Assembly (NCBI GenBank): GCA_028534125.1
Contig: CM052818.1
Location: 10,046,001 to 10,110,000, forward strand
Source: Lama glama
Taxonomy: Eukaryota
Reading direction: 5' to 3'
Length of the DNA stretch: 64,000 bases
The notes under the pieces are model-generated. The model did no database searches, was not told the DNA's origin, and saw nothing but the letters and a program-made list of their open reading frames with translations. Both the position numbers and the translations under genes were made by a program. Positions 11,651 to 25,060 of this stretch are shown piece by piece (position 1 is the first letter of the stretch; the number at the start of each line of letters is the position of its first letter).

Positions 11651-14600
11651 AATGCTTCTTGCAATGACACTAGATACTTTTCCTTTAGTGATATGAGAAA
11701 TCTGCTGCCAGGGAAGCTGCATTTACAACATACGTTTCTCAAATCCACCACATGTAGCTTATATGACATGCAGGTTAGGATTTTATTCCCCATCCCCCGC
11801 CCCGACCCCCCAGTAGGATATGGCAATGACCATTTCCATGTGCTGTCTTGTGACTGGAAGGAAAATGAACAGAAGTGTAAGGCATGATTAATGAAGCAAG
11901 AGCAAGCGGAAGGGGATTTGTCGTCTTCGGAGATCCAAAGCCTTTCTAAATCACCAAATATGGAGTAACGCTTGCGTGATGTAACATCGTATTTACATAT
12001 TGAGCTGCTCGTTTAAAAGACAAAACACAGTGTCTGTCAAGCAAGAATTAAAACCATACTTCTTACTGAGGTTCCAAATAGGTTATTCAGTCTCAGATTA
12101 ACCAGCTTGAAAATTCTGTGCCTCTGTACTTAGAGAAGAAATCTAAAAAGCTGGGGGAAGGCCCTATAGTGAAGGCTTTTTACTGTCACAGTTGTAAATC
12201 TACGTAGGGAAAGGAGATATTTTTCTCAACTAACTCTCTGGGTGTCATAAAGATTCTTTTTTTTTTTTTTAAAGGAGTAGGACAGTAACAGAGCCCAAAG
12301 AAGCTCCCCACAAAAAGCACGTTTAAAATATATTCTATAGGGCTAATGCTAAGTAATTTCACCGAGATGAAAAGCTACCTAAGCTATCTAAGATATTCAA
12401 TGGGTTCACCAGCGCTGCCACCCAGGTGAGGTAAACCTTTCATGAACGAATAATTAAAAAGTCTTGATTCCTTTCATTGTGTTTAATCACCTGTTCCCAC
12501 CCTAGAATTGGCTGAACATAAATAGCGTGGTCACATCTCAAAGCGAGATGTCAGTAACTAGAATCACGACTTCTCATAATTCACAGTAATGAATTAAGTG
12601 TTTCCTATGGTGAAATTAACATTCTACCCTTGCACATAAATTAAGATGCCCTGGCTCTCAGGTGCCTCTGAAGCAAAGTTCTGGAAACGGCTCTGTACCC
12701 CCAGCCCATTTCTCTCAAGCACGTCTTCACAATTCCAAGTCTGCTTTTCTTTTTATGGTGAGGAAGGAAACAATAAGAGTAATCACTCAGTAGATATTTG
12801 AATTGTGTCACAAAAAGAAAGGAGAGGCAATGCTCTGTATTAGGAAAGAGATATATTGATGAATCTCTAGAAGAATATGTTTGGCAACCATATAAAAGGT
12901 AGTCATTTAAATGCGCTGTGTAGGAAAGGCTTTATTAAAGTGATGTAAGTTGGATGTGAGCTTACTGTGTGCTCTGTGCTGTTTTATGGGCAGGAAGCTG
13001 GAATAAAGCAGTGACAGATCTTCTTCCTGAGATAAATAAAGCTTAGAATTCGGGCCTTTCACATAGGAGGATGAGTGGAGTTCTTTAAGCTTTCAGTGAG
13101 ATGGTATGCATTTTGGCTGTACATAGGCCTCTCAAAGCTGAGTATTTTTTAGAAAGTTTTTAGAAAGGATGATTTTTACCTGGTTGACTACACACATATA
13201 TGTTGGTCAGGTTGTTTTTTTTTTCATTTATTCAGATATTCAAAATATTGTGTGATTGTGATCCATTGAGACCATTGAAACAGCATTAATTTAGCTGGAA
13301 ACGAGTAGGTTATATTGTGCAGAGCCCGGTTCATCAATTTGTGTGTCAGATATTCACCATCAGATATCAGCAGTCTTTGACTGGCAGTCAGGACTTTTCA
13401 TTGGGGTTTTGTTTTGCTTTCTAGTTTCATATTTTGTGAGAGGGGAGATACTCATTGAAGATTGGTGACTGTGGAACTGCTGTTCACTTATAGAAAAGGC
13501 CAAAAAATACCATCCCATGGTATTAGCTTTTAGGTTTTGGCTTATTGCACATAGAAATCTTTAAATTAGGATTGGGTTGTCATAAAGTTAGCTTTTTGAG
13601 AGAATGGGAGAAAATATGACAAGTCCTGGAAAGCATAGTGAAGTACTACTATTGATATACAATATTTTTTTTCTCTTTAAAATCATGGGCATAGACATCG
13701 ATATCAGGGTATTTAAAAATTATTTGCCCAGACAATACACCTCATGCCTAGATAATAATACTCTCGACAGGTACTCTAATGAAGGGAGAAATATTAATTC
13801 AATCCAGAAATACATAAGCACGTTACTTAAAGGTAAATCAAGTATAATATACTTATGCTTTTCAGAATTTAGAAACTCAGCTTGCCTTTTTTTTTGGTGT
13901 CTATTTGAATTGTTTCCTGTCTGACTAAACTGGAGGATGTATCAATATACTTTACAGTAGAGTGGTAAATGAGGCTATAAATTACACTATCCTATTATAA
14001 CCTCTTATTTTTCATTTCTCTTTATTTGTGTGATTCTGAATAAAAACCACTGACTTCTGACGTGAATTTGTAGAATGGCAGCAAAAAAAAAAAAAAAACC
14101 AAAAAGACTAACAAAAAACCCCTCAGTGTGCTGTTGAACATTTTATTTACCTTCCTTTAGCATCCAGAGAATAGAGAATATTGTTTCCTAAGAAATACCT
14201 AGGATTTTCATTGGGAGCCCATGTTTGTGAGGCTGTTACCCAAAAGCTCATGTTCATGAGACTAGAGTCCTATATACAGGATGTATTTGTAAATAAGGCA
14301 GAGAAAGGTTGTGAACTGGCAGCTTGGATGTTTTGTCAAAGTACAATGTCAGAGAAACTCTTTCTAAGACAAATTGTAAATAGAACTGTCACAGCGATTG
14401 CATGATTGAGCCACAGAAGTGTCTTACAATTGTTGGCATTGTCAGAGGACTTTTGAAAGCTTAATTAAACACAGTGGCCCGCATGGCTGCTAAATTTACT
14501 TCGGCAAGCCAAAAAGAAAAAAAATAAGTCTAAAATGTGGAAGATCTCAAAGATCCCAAAGTTCTTCCGATGTTACCCTTTCGGTGACACAGAAAAGATG

Positions 14601-17600
14601 CATTGTGCATTTTCCTGGTTGCTTTTTATAAATAATAGTTTTGAGAATAGAGCCACGTGATATGAAGATCATCCTGTGTGTGATGTGGAGATTGTGTTAG
14701 TTTTTCTGTCTCCTGCTGTTACAGACAGTTAATGTAAAAATGGCCTTTTATTGGAAACACAAATATGTATTCACTTCAAGAACAGGAGCAGAGGGGGAAA
14801 GTTTCCCTCCCATTCTGTGTTTATTCTGTGAAAGCTTAAAAGAACAGTGCTGTAATTTCTTAAATCACCCCATTCCTTGTTGTGTTGCAAGTTGTGCCTT
14901 TTACCTTAAAGGATCTGAAATCTGTTTTGCACACCTTTCTCCTGGTGAATGTGGCATTTAATTGTGGAGCTGCCCATGGGCTGGAAAATGCAACTGGGTA
15001 TAGACACGTGCAGACAATGTCAGGACAGTGAAACTTAAGCTCAGGGAGAGGCGAGTTGGATGCATACTGATAGCACATTCTAGAGTCCTGGAAAGTCATT
15101 AATTTCACACTGCAGCCTCAGTGTAGTTTGGCTAATGTGGGAGTGCTGAATGGGAGTATATAACAAATGTGCAAATCTTAGAGAAGCATTTTTCAGAATT
15201 TTGTGATTTCTTAGTGAAAGTGTTTCATAAAGGAGAATATGTGAATGGTGGCCTTGCACACTAGGCAGGGAGAAAGGAAGAAAGTTTTGGCTTTCCTTTG
15301 GGGGAAAATATGAAATTTAACTGAAGTAGCACAGTTAGGGAGATGCACCGAGATTGCGTCATTTGATGTTAATTTAATCTACTCTGCTTGGTCTGTTCAC
15401 ACTCTTTTATTGCGCAAAGAAATCATTTGACAAAATTTACCCAAAGCCCAAGTCTGTTTTTACATACAGTAGTACTGGCTTTGTGCAATAAAAGGCACTA
15501 AGCATCAAGCCGGACCCAGTCTGGCATCTTGCCACTTTTTTAGCAAGAGATTTAATCACCAAGGATCTTTAGTACCTTTCTGCTTGTTGAGATTTCATTT
15601 GGGTCATGGTTATGTCAGCAGTGTTGTTATTACAAAGATTGAAAAAAAATTTTAAACTTAGTGCCCATTTTAAACACTATCTTATATTAAGCAAGTTTTT
15701 GTTTTATGTGTCAATTTGGAGGACATTAATAAAGTTCATAAAATATGCTCAGACTATATAATTTAATGGATAATAACTAGTATTTTTATTTGTAATACCA
15801 ACAGAAAGTTGGCCATTGTATTCCTCCTTCCTCTGTTCTTTCCTCCGACCTAGGTAAATAAGCACCCTTGAATTGCTTCTTCTCTTTACTTCCAGGGGCT
15901 AGAGCTCTGGCCAGTATCAGTAAATTTACCTTCGTAATTTGCCATGTAGTTTTTACAACAAAGACCTAATTAATTTGAGCATGGACCATATTATTGCTAC
16001 TAGAGTCATTTTCTGTCACAAACTTAATTTCTAGGAAATGTAACCTGACGAATAAGAATGCTTTAGCTCTCCACATGTGCTCCGAGAGACCAAAGGCAGA
16101 TTTAAAATAATAATAATAAAAAAAATGCCAGCATTATTTAAGCCAGTATGCTTGATGCCAAACTCAATTTGAAGCCAGTAAACATCAGACTGTATTTCTA
16201 ATCGGTTCTAGAATGTAACGTATTCCATATTGGGTTCACTGGAATTTGTCTCTCTGCTTTTCACTGGCCAGCTGCACTCCCTGTGCATTTTTAAAACATT
16301 TCAGCAAAGGCTTTTGCTGTTCTTAGCAGGGTTAGTAACTTGGGGTCTATTTCTGGGCTCATTCGTCATTCTGCGATGGCATTGAGTCAGGTTGGCAAGG
16401 GAAGGATTTGAGGCATGGAGGGTGGTGAGGTCACTTCTGACCCCAGCAGGGAATAGGTGAGCTTCATTTGCCTTTCCAATAGGCGCACAGCTACTGCACC
16501 TTGGAAGATCTCTCAGGTGCCGCTCAGATGGGCGCATGTAAATGCCCTGTCAGATGCGGAGACGGAATATTAATGCTTCTTCCACCAGCGCACCATAATA
16601 AAGCTGTACACAGCAAGCTTAATATGCAGCTAGTCTGGGGAATTGTGTAAACTTAGATAGCCCAGTGTGAAAGACAGCGATGTGAAAATGCTGGATATGC
16701 CACAGTTTCCATTCTTGTTCTCCTTTGATCTATAGCAAAATGAAAACATCATTCTTTCCTTCTCTTGGAGTTGCCTCCCCAGCTCTGCCACCTCCCAATC
16801 CCCCACCCGAATTTTTTGCATGTGCTGGTATGGAGAAATACGACATAATTTGTTTCATATGGTTAATTACAGGCGTTTGAATATTTAAAATTTTAAATAG
16901 CCACAGTTCCAGCTTTTCCTGTTAAAAGTATGTGATTTGAACAAAGGGAGTATAGTGTAAATATTTGTGGTGATTTGCAACACCCCTCTTTCCCCATTAA
17001 ACACACACACGGACACACGTGCACACAAGACATTCAGTTTAAATCTAGGGCTGACTTAAAGGACTTCTCTACCCTCATTTGTACTTTTTTTTTTTTACAA
17101 CTCTCAACTGGAACTCCATTAAAATATTTTACCATTATTTTTGAGTCCACTGTTGCTTGAGGTTTTAAAGAGGATTTTTATAATGTGTTCATTTAACAGA
17201 ATCAACAGCTGTCAGAACCAGTTGTGGTAAATCCACAAAACGTACAAAGAAAAATACACACGTTTCCTGAAACAAAACACTTGGAAAAATAAGCTGCCAA
17301 GAACTGGCGAATGAGAAGTTTGCAGACAGGGCACCAGAGTGTTTCTTCTCTTGGTTCACCCTAGAGACTGATGTGAGCAGATCTGATGCAATGCTGCTGA
17401 AAGGCTTACCTGAACAGGTTGCCGCTCTGAGCTAGCGCACACACGGGGGATAGGAGGGCCACCGCTCGCTCCCTCTCTGCCCTCCCTTTTTCTTTTTGAT
17501 CTCTTTAGATAGATAAAATACCAAGTTCTTGGAGGGCTAAACAACAAATTAGACCCACTAAAGGTGAAGTGGTCAGATTTAAACTTCCTGTAAAAGAGGC

Positions 17601-20600
17601 AAGAAGACACCGTGCACACCCTTTTCCAGATAGGGTTGGCAGCCTGTTATTCAGAATTGAAACGGCCCCGCCAGGGAATTCCCACTGGGGACCTGGAGCA
17701 GGCATGTTGATGAAGGGGATACCTAGGGACCTGTGGTCACTCACAATGAGTTTCTGTTTGTATCTTCACTGTTGTTAGCATTGGCAATGAACAATTACAC
17801 CTACAATTTGATCTTACTTTTAGATAGAGGTGAGCCCACTGATTAAAAACTCCCATTAAAATGAAGAATGGAATTATTGTGAAATCTGCAAAGGTGCTTT
17901 CAAGAAGAACACAGGTGCTGTGGTGTACCTGCCTTCCTCCGCTTTCTGTTTTCTTTTTGAACTTTCTAAAAAACACGAGGAAGCATTGAAGCAGTTACAT
18001 TTATATTCATCAGTTGTTCATTTTCTTGATATGTAATGATGCATAAAAAACTGCAGAAAAAAATCACATCTGTTAATTTTTAGGGGAAATAAGGTGTAGC
18101 TTGGATTCTTACCTTAGTTGGAGCACAAGGCACTACATGTCAGGTCTGATTTTTTACATTTTAAATATAGAGTTTCTCTTTGGGTCAAAAAATATCTAAA
18201 GCATTTCCTTTTACAGACTCAGGGGACACCATGATTTCATGATTTATTTACATTTAGGGGCAGCTCACAATGAGCCATTTACTGCTCATTTTAGCCCCCT
18301 CCCCAAGTCTTCGAGTTCATAGTTAAAACAATGCATTAACCAGTGTTAAATTTTAAATCTCATGAGTTTTTCTCTCCTACTCCATCCCATCCTAAGATTA
18401 AAAAAAATTATTCTTTTACATTTAAAAGTGAACATTGGCCACTGAAGAATGATTTAAAGTCTGAGAAAAATTTTAATAATAAATCGTAACCTTCTCATGT
18501 TATGTTTTTGTTATGTTAAGGGGAAAAAAATCAATAAGGAAAAATTTAATTCTGATAAAGATACTCTTGGATCTTTGAAAACAACTGCTGTCCTTTTAAC
18601 TAAAACATTTGAGCAGCTTCAAAGACTATGTATTTCTTCTGATCTTGGAGCTGTGTGACTGGTAGCAAGAAAGAAAAAAAAATCTTATTCTACATACAAG
18701 TGGATTGCTTAACAAGTCTGCACAGACACGTACTTGTTTGTACAATAGAGATAAAAATTCCTGTATAAAAATAATTCAGCTGCTGACAGCAGGCATTGTT
18801 GTTGGACCTGTCTTTTGTGCGTGTCCCAGCTCCGGGCCCCCTCCCCCACTATCTGCTTGGGGCAGCTTGCTGCCTGCAGACTCCTGACCAGAAGTTAATT
18901 GCTATATATTAAATATATAGGTATTGTATTTAAAGAGGAATATCTCGAGCCTTCCTATATGCATTCTACTCTACTTTCTGGTGTGATTGCGGCATTGCCA
19001 GCAGAGGGGTGGCAGGCAAATGCTCTAATAGGGAAAATGACTTGAAGGCAGTAAGGGGAAATTTGGCCTTCAAGTCCCATTTGCTCTGCAGTGTAGCATC
19101 GGTTTCTAAACTTTTGTTTTTAATCTAATTCTGATTTACTCTGTCACATCCCATATCAACCCTCATTGAACTCTACTCATGTAGAGTAACATTAGTGTCA
19201 AACGGAATTGGTCAGGACTGCGGACCTGTGGCTCATACAGATGGTCGTGGATGCAGGTTCCATGCAGCTCTGCATCCTATTCTTTCTAATAAACGTTAAA
19301 ATGTGGCGCATTTCTGGGCAGGGCCCATGGATAAGAGACTCAATGATCCGGGGACAGCACCTGAGGTTTTCCCCCTTCTCTCTCCTCCTCTTTCTCACGT
19401 CCTTGATATACCTACATTTCAGGTAAGATCATCTCTAGGAAAACGTCCGAGACTGGGGCTGGGGGCTGGAGATGGGGAGAAGGCTGGGGGGAGAGAAGCT
19501 ACTGGTATATTTTCAAGAGGGGCTCAAACACGATCACCAAAGCGGAGGGCCCTTTGGGTCCAGCTTCCGAGCAGTGAGCACATGGGCACGTGGTCCTTTG
19601 AAAGCTGTTATTCTCAGTCTGACTGGTACACTAGCTGAGATAGGATTTACATCTACTTCCCTGCATTCACTGGACTGAGCGTTTGGGATGGGGGTCGGGG
19701 AGGCGTTCACTGGGAATTCTATCACCAGAATTTCTTAAATGTCAGGAGGTTAGTAAGGTGCGGAGTTAGCATTCAAGGTGTAAGTTAGATTCTTCTCCAG
19801 CCTGGTAATTGGGAAGCGTGAAAATCCAAATTCCCATGACGCTCTCTAATAACTGGGGTGGGGTGCTGTGGTGGGTGGACACCATAACTTTCTGAATGTC
19901 AGCTGATGTCTGCCTGACCTGTTCCTCTTGGATTAAATGCTGCCAGTGCAGGGTGGGGGAACCCCTGGGAAGATAAATACCCAGTGACAAGATTTTCACT
20001 CCTCAGAAGTAAACCAGATCGCCTCCTCTGCCTCATATCCTCTCCTTTCTTGCTCTTTTCCCTTTGGAAGCAGAAACATCTAAAATGAATGCCACTCCAA
20101 GCCGATGAAAAAGCTGTTTTTATACCATAGTGGATGTTTACACAGGAGACTCAACTTGAGGGGAAAAAGGCTTTTTGGGAGGGTGGTGGGACTCTCGTTA
20201 ATCTGTTTTGTTGGAGGACTGTGCAGTATTGCCTATGAGCAACTCTAGGCTGTTTTTGATAAATTACCATGTTTAGAGATAGGTTTGGCTCTTAAGGGCT
20301 TAGTTTTATGAACAAAGTCCGTAACGATGTTTGCAGCCTCTGTTTGTCTCTTAGCCCCTTGGCTTCACTAGAAGCTCAATGTTTAGTTTAAGCTCAGTCT
20401 GGAAGATATAACAATTTTGCATTAAAAAAATGAGGAAATCATAGGAAGAAAAACCCTTTGCTTTTTGGATGAATCTTACTGATAATTTGCTAAAGCTCAT
20501 TTGAATTTTAAGCACTTCTTTAATCTTCAAAGGCTAAATTGCTTTATGAATATGCATGGTGTGGGCAGACTTCAGTTCATTACCTAGTTGTAAATTCTAA

Positions 20601-23600
20601 TGACCATTAGGTCCTTCCAGTAATTGCGAATTGTTTTGCATTTTTGATTGGCCTATTAACATGTACATTCGGTGCACATCAGGCTGGCCTGTCAGCCTGC
20701 TGAAGGAGAAAAAAAAGGTGAAAATTGTTTATAGCACCAAGATTCTTAGATTTTCAATCTTGCAAAATTGATGATGTAAAAAAATTAAAGCCGTGTTTTT
20801 TCTTCTCAAGATTGAAAGTTCACCAAGAGATTTGACATATTTAATTTACATGATGACTTTGCACTCCTTCATTAATGCAATTTGCATATGAAGCTGTTGT
20901 TAATCACTTTTGATCATGTTTTGTGTATTAGCTGCCTCAGTGGCTCTCCTCCTCGGATGCCCCAGTAGAAAGGAGCAAAATGATGCATCTTCTTGCCAAG
21001 TTTCCTTTAGTGAATTGAGGAATTAGAAGTCTAACCTTGAGTAATTACATATGTTTTATCTGTTTTCTTTTAATGTTAAGTACAGTTTGTGGAAGTGTTG
21101 GCTGGAAGTTGTTCTCATTTGGGGAGAAGACAGTAAAATTTAAGTGTATGATTGAGGCACATCCAGATACATACAGAAATATGTCCTGCCTGCCCCTGTT
21201 CCCCCACGGAAGTTGTCGGGCAGTTTCCCTGTTAGCAGTTTGATGGCAGAGAGATTTGACTGTTCCAGTGTATTAAGACATCAGGCTCCTTTGGAAGAGA
21301 GATGGCTACAGAATACAGACCTTTCTAACAATGCTTTGGGTTTCTGCTTTGGATAGATGGCTAGCACCTCCACGTCTTGGGCCTGGGTTTGGCTGACTTC
21401 TTTATCTTTTAGCTCAAGTAAGTTTTCAAGCCTCGTTCTTCAGCTTCTGCTCTTGCTGTGTCCTCCTCTAGTCACTGAAGTAAATTGTGGTCTCTGGGCT
21501 CTCGGGTGCCTCCCTCAAGGTACGCAAGTGCCCTGGTTGTGAAAACAAGGTGCTAATGAACGGTTTCCGATTTTTGAGTGCCTGTGATTTTGGTGTTTGC
21601 CTTTGCTTTTGAATAGCCTGTGCTGTATTATTGATGCTCGTCTTTGGTTTATGAGTTTATCGCTGGTTAACAAGCAGAATCAGAACACTGAAACTGATAT
21701 TCTGATTAAAAGGAATGTTTAATGAAAGAAAATAAATTGTGATGGAAAATGAACAGTGTGTAAGGAACATAACTACAATTTTAACCTCCAAGGGACCCTA
21801 GCACTGCCCTACCGTGACTTCCATCCATACCATGCTAAAAGCATGCTTCAGTTCAAAGTTGTTAATATTCAGCTGGGAAACAGTATCCAGAACACAAATA
21901 AATTATTAAGTGCATGAACTTTTTAGGCAGTAAGATGAACTGATGGGGTCCATCTGTGAGATCCAGGGGCTTTTTATTTGTGTGTGTCGAGCGATTCTGC
22001 CCTCTCCGACTTCACAGCCTTTGGTCTCCGGCCAACTGCATGCATAATTGATTCCACACGCACTATCATTTTCTTGATGTAATTGCTTTACTAAGATATG
22101 ATGAAATCTAATGGATAATTTGCTATTTGAAAATGGGCAAAAAATGTTCATACTTTTTATTGGGGGGAGGGTTAGTAGACAAGGGGGTATTCAGATGACC
22201 CAGTATTTAAGAAAACAAAACATCGAAAAAAGCAAAGCTAACTTAGATAGGCTGCTTCATTCTCGTTGGTTATGGGTAGGAAGGTCTTTGTGACATATGG
22301 AAGCCAGTGTGTAAATCTCTCTCTTTCTATCTCATATCACACCCCCTCTTCATTCTCCTCTGTCTGTCTCTCCCCCAAACTTTACAAGAAAGGGATCCTA
22401 ACAAGGTAAAAAGTAAACAATTTAGTCATCACAAGCCTTATTATTCAGTCTATCCAGGAGTTTTGCCATGTCGGTTTATTTAACTTCCAGGAATGTAAAC
22501 ACTGACACAGCCCTAGAAGCAGCAAGAAAGATTACAGTATTAGAGTTAAAAACCCTGAGCGTGGAGTAGCTGTGCTTTATATTCAGCTATAATAACACTT
22601 TACATTGAAACATAATGGTAAGTCAAAACGGACTGGAAACTTCTGCTTATATGGAGTACAAATTTCATTCTAATAGATTGGCATCATCTAGTGTACCCAG
22701 AGTAGATGGTTATATAATGGAGAGACTGTATAAATGTCAAGTACACAAATAATTCTACAGGAAGTAAATGAAAAGTATTAGAATTTCTTAAATCACCATT
22801 GAATTTTGTTGGTGGGACAATCTCATTAGCTCCCTCAAATCATGTGTGGCTTTGCATAAGTCTTTTAAAAATGTATTTTGAGGGAATTTACGGATGCTGA
22901 AACATTGTTTTAATCCAAACCAGTTCATGCTTTAAATGTACCTTAAAAAAAGTGTACTGTTTTTCAAAGTACTTAAAGGGAGCAGAGGGGTAGAAAGCTT
23001 ATAAAGCAAATCCATCTCACTGTGGCAAACTGTTTTTCAAGTAAAGTCATAATAATGAACAACACATGATCTGAAATTTGATCAGCAAACATATACTTAT
23101 GCCAAGGAATTTTCTTTCTTTCTTTTTTCTCTCTTTCTCTCTCTCTCTCTTTTTTTTTTGCAATTCACATACCAAGTTTCTGTAAATCAGGCAGAGAGTA
23201 ACTATTGTTAAGGGGGAGACCAAATCATAATATACAGAATGGCACGGCTAAGCTGTCTTTTGGAAGAGACATTAACATCACCACCGCTAACAATAACAAC
23301 AACAACAAAAACCCTTTCTACAAAACTGGAAATGACAGAATAGTTTTAAAAGGAAAAAAAAAATTCACCCTACCTTCTGATGCTCAAAACTTCAAACTAT
23401 TAATAGACCACCAGTGAGATAGACTGTCTTTGTGCCTTGAAATGCAAAATGAGGGAAATAATTAGCAGAGGAACAAAATTCTCAAAATTTGAAGAACTTC
23501 TGTGATTACTGGGGGTATAGTGAAAAGAAAATGCAAATTTCTTCCTGATCTTAATTAGATTCAATTGTGTAGTGGGTGTGTTAGATTGAGGGGGAGGGGA

Positions 23601-24937
23601 GGGGGGAGGGAGTGCTGGGGTGAAGCGAGGGGCTGCGGGAAGTGGAGACAGGTTAGCAGGGGCCTGGTGGTGTGGCAAGAGGAAAGGCAGCTCCCAGCGT
23701 AGTAAACCGTGCCGTTGGGGCCCAAATCCCGAGCCCTTAATTTAGCAGGGCTTATTTCCCTTTGGGTCTGGAGGATTTCATTTGTCCTTCCAGGGGAGGG
23801 TGGGCACTGAAATAACAGCCTGGGCTGCGTTCGGAAGGGGAAGCAGCCTGTGGGTAACTTTTCCCGACCACATGGGAAAGCTGCGTGATATTATGGGCTC
23901 TGCTTTGTGCACTAGCTATCAGTCAGCCTCTCAAGGTGGCATCTGCACAGAAGCCCCCAACACCAGGGCATTGCTGCACCCCGTACCCCCAAAAGTCTTT
24001 AGTGTTCAGTGGTGGTGGTTGGCCAGGGTCCTGCCAAAGTATGTGTAGCAAGTTTCACTGGCTGGATTTCCCTTTGCGTGAAATAATAAAAACCCTGGCC
24101 AAGGCTTATGAATCTATTTTTGTTTCATTAATATTATTTTTATGTATTTTATTCATATTTTTAGGACGGACTGTGCTCTTGTTTGACCGTTTGTAGTTAT
24201 AATTAATACATTCCGTACTGGTTGTAAAAAGTATACTCACATTTAATTGCAAGTCAGGATAAATTAATGGATATGATTTAAAACAAAACTCACTTAAAAT
24301 GTTCTTGCAGGGAGCAAAAGAGGGGGCAGTCCTGCATTTAATTTATTTTCTGGGTGAGTGTCTGTGGTGAGAGGGTCGAAAGGATTGTGTGGGTCTAACA
24401 GGATGCATGTATGTGTCCGAGGGAAGTGGGGGCCACAGAGGGAGAAGGGAAACTGGGCAGGAGGAGGGGCAGCCAGGAGCTCTCTCCTTTTCTTTAATGT
24501 CTGAGGTTACCGGGAGGGGCTTAAGCAAAGTGGTCAAGTCCATCTGCTCCGGAGAAGGTGGTAAAGAAAAGAGGTTAGTGGCAAGAGGGAAGGAGCACAA
24601 AGGGAAAATTGTACATTGGGAGCGTTGCTCTCCGGTCGTGGTGTAGCCAGACTGGTTTAGCAGACAGAATGATAGATTGTTTTGTCAAGGGTCCCAGGGT
24701 GTGCCCTGAACTTAAAGCACTTTGTTTATCTTGAATAGAAAGGGAAAAGCGCAGACATAATCGATGTCTAGTTTTTAGGAGCTCGAAAGAGGTAGGAGAA
24801 CAGAGAAGAGTAGGGGAGGTGGGGGAGGTGCAGGCCCTGGTTGTGGCTGTCCATTAACAGATGAACTTGGCCGAGGGCCAAGCTTTAGATGAGAGCGTGT
24901 CAGGGCCCCAGTGCAGCCAGGCCTTTTCAGCGGTGGG

Positions 24938-25060
24938 TTTTTTTTTTTTTTTTTTTTTTTTAGTTTCTCTCTCTCTCTTTCTTTTTTTCTCTCTCTCCCT
25001 TTCATTCTTTCTCTTTCTCTTTTTTTCTCTCCCTTCTCTCTCTCTTCCTTTTTTTTTTTT
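24938..25060. repeat. Poly-T / (CT)n polypyrimidine tract
   Basis: Read directly. Confidence 0.9.

Noticed and set aside
11245..11887. ORFs of 114-193 aa with KERK/FLSF repeats
   Set aside because: Translations of the (TTTC)n microsatellite.
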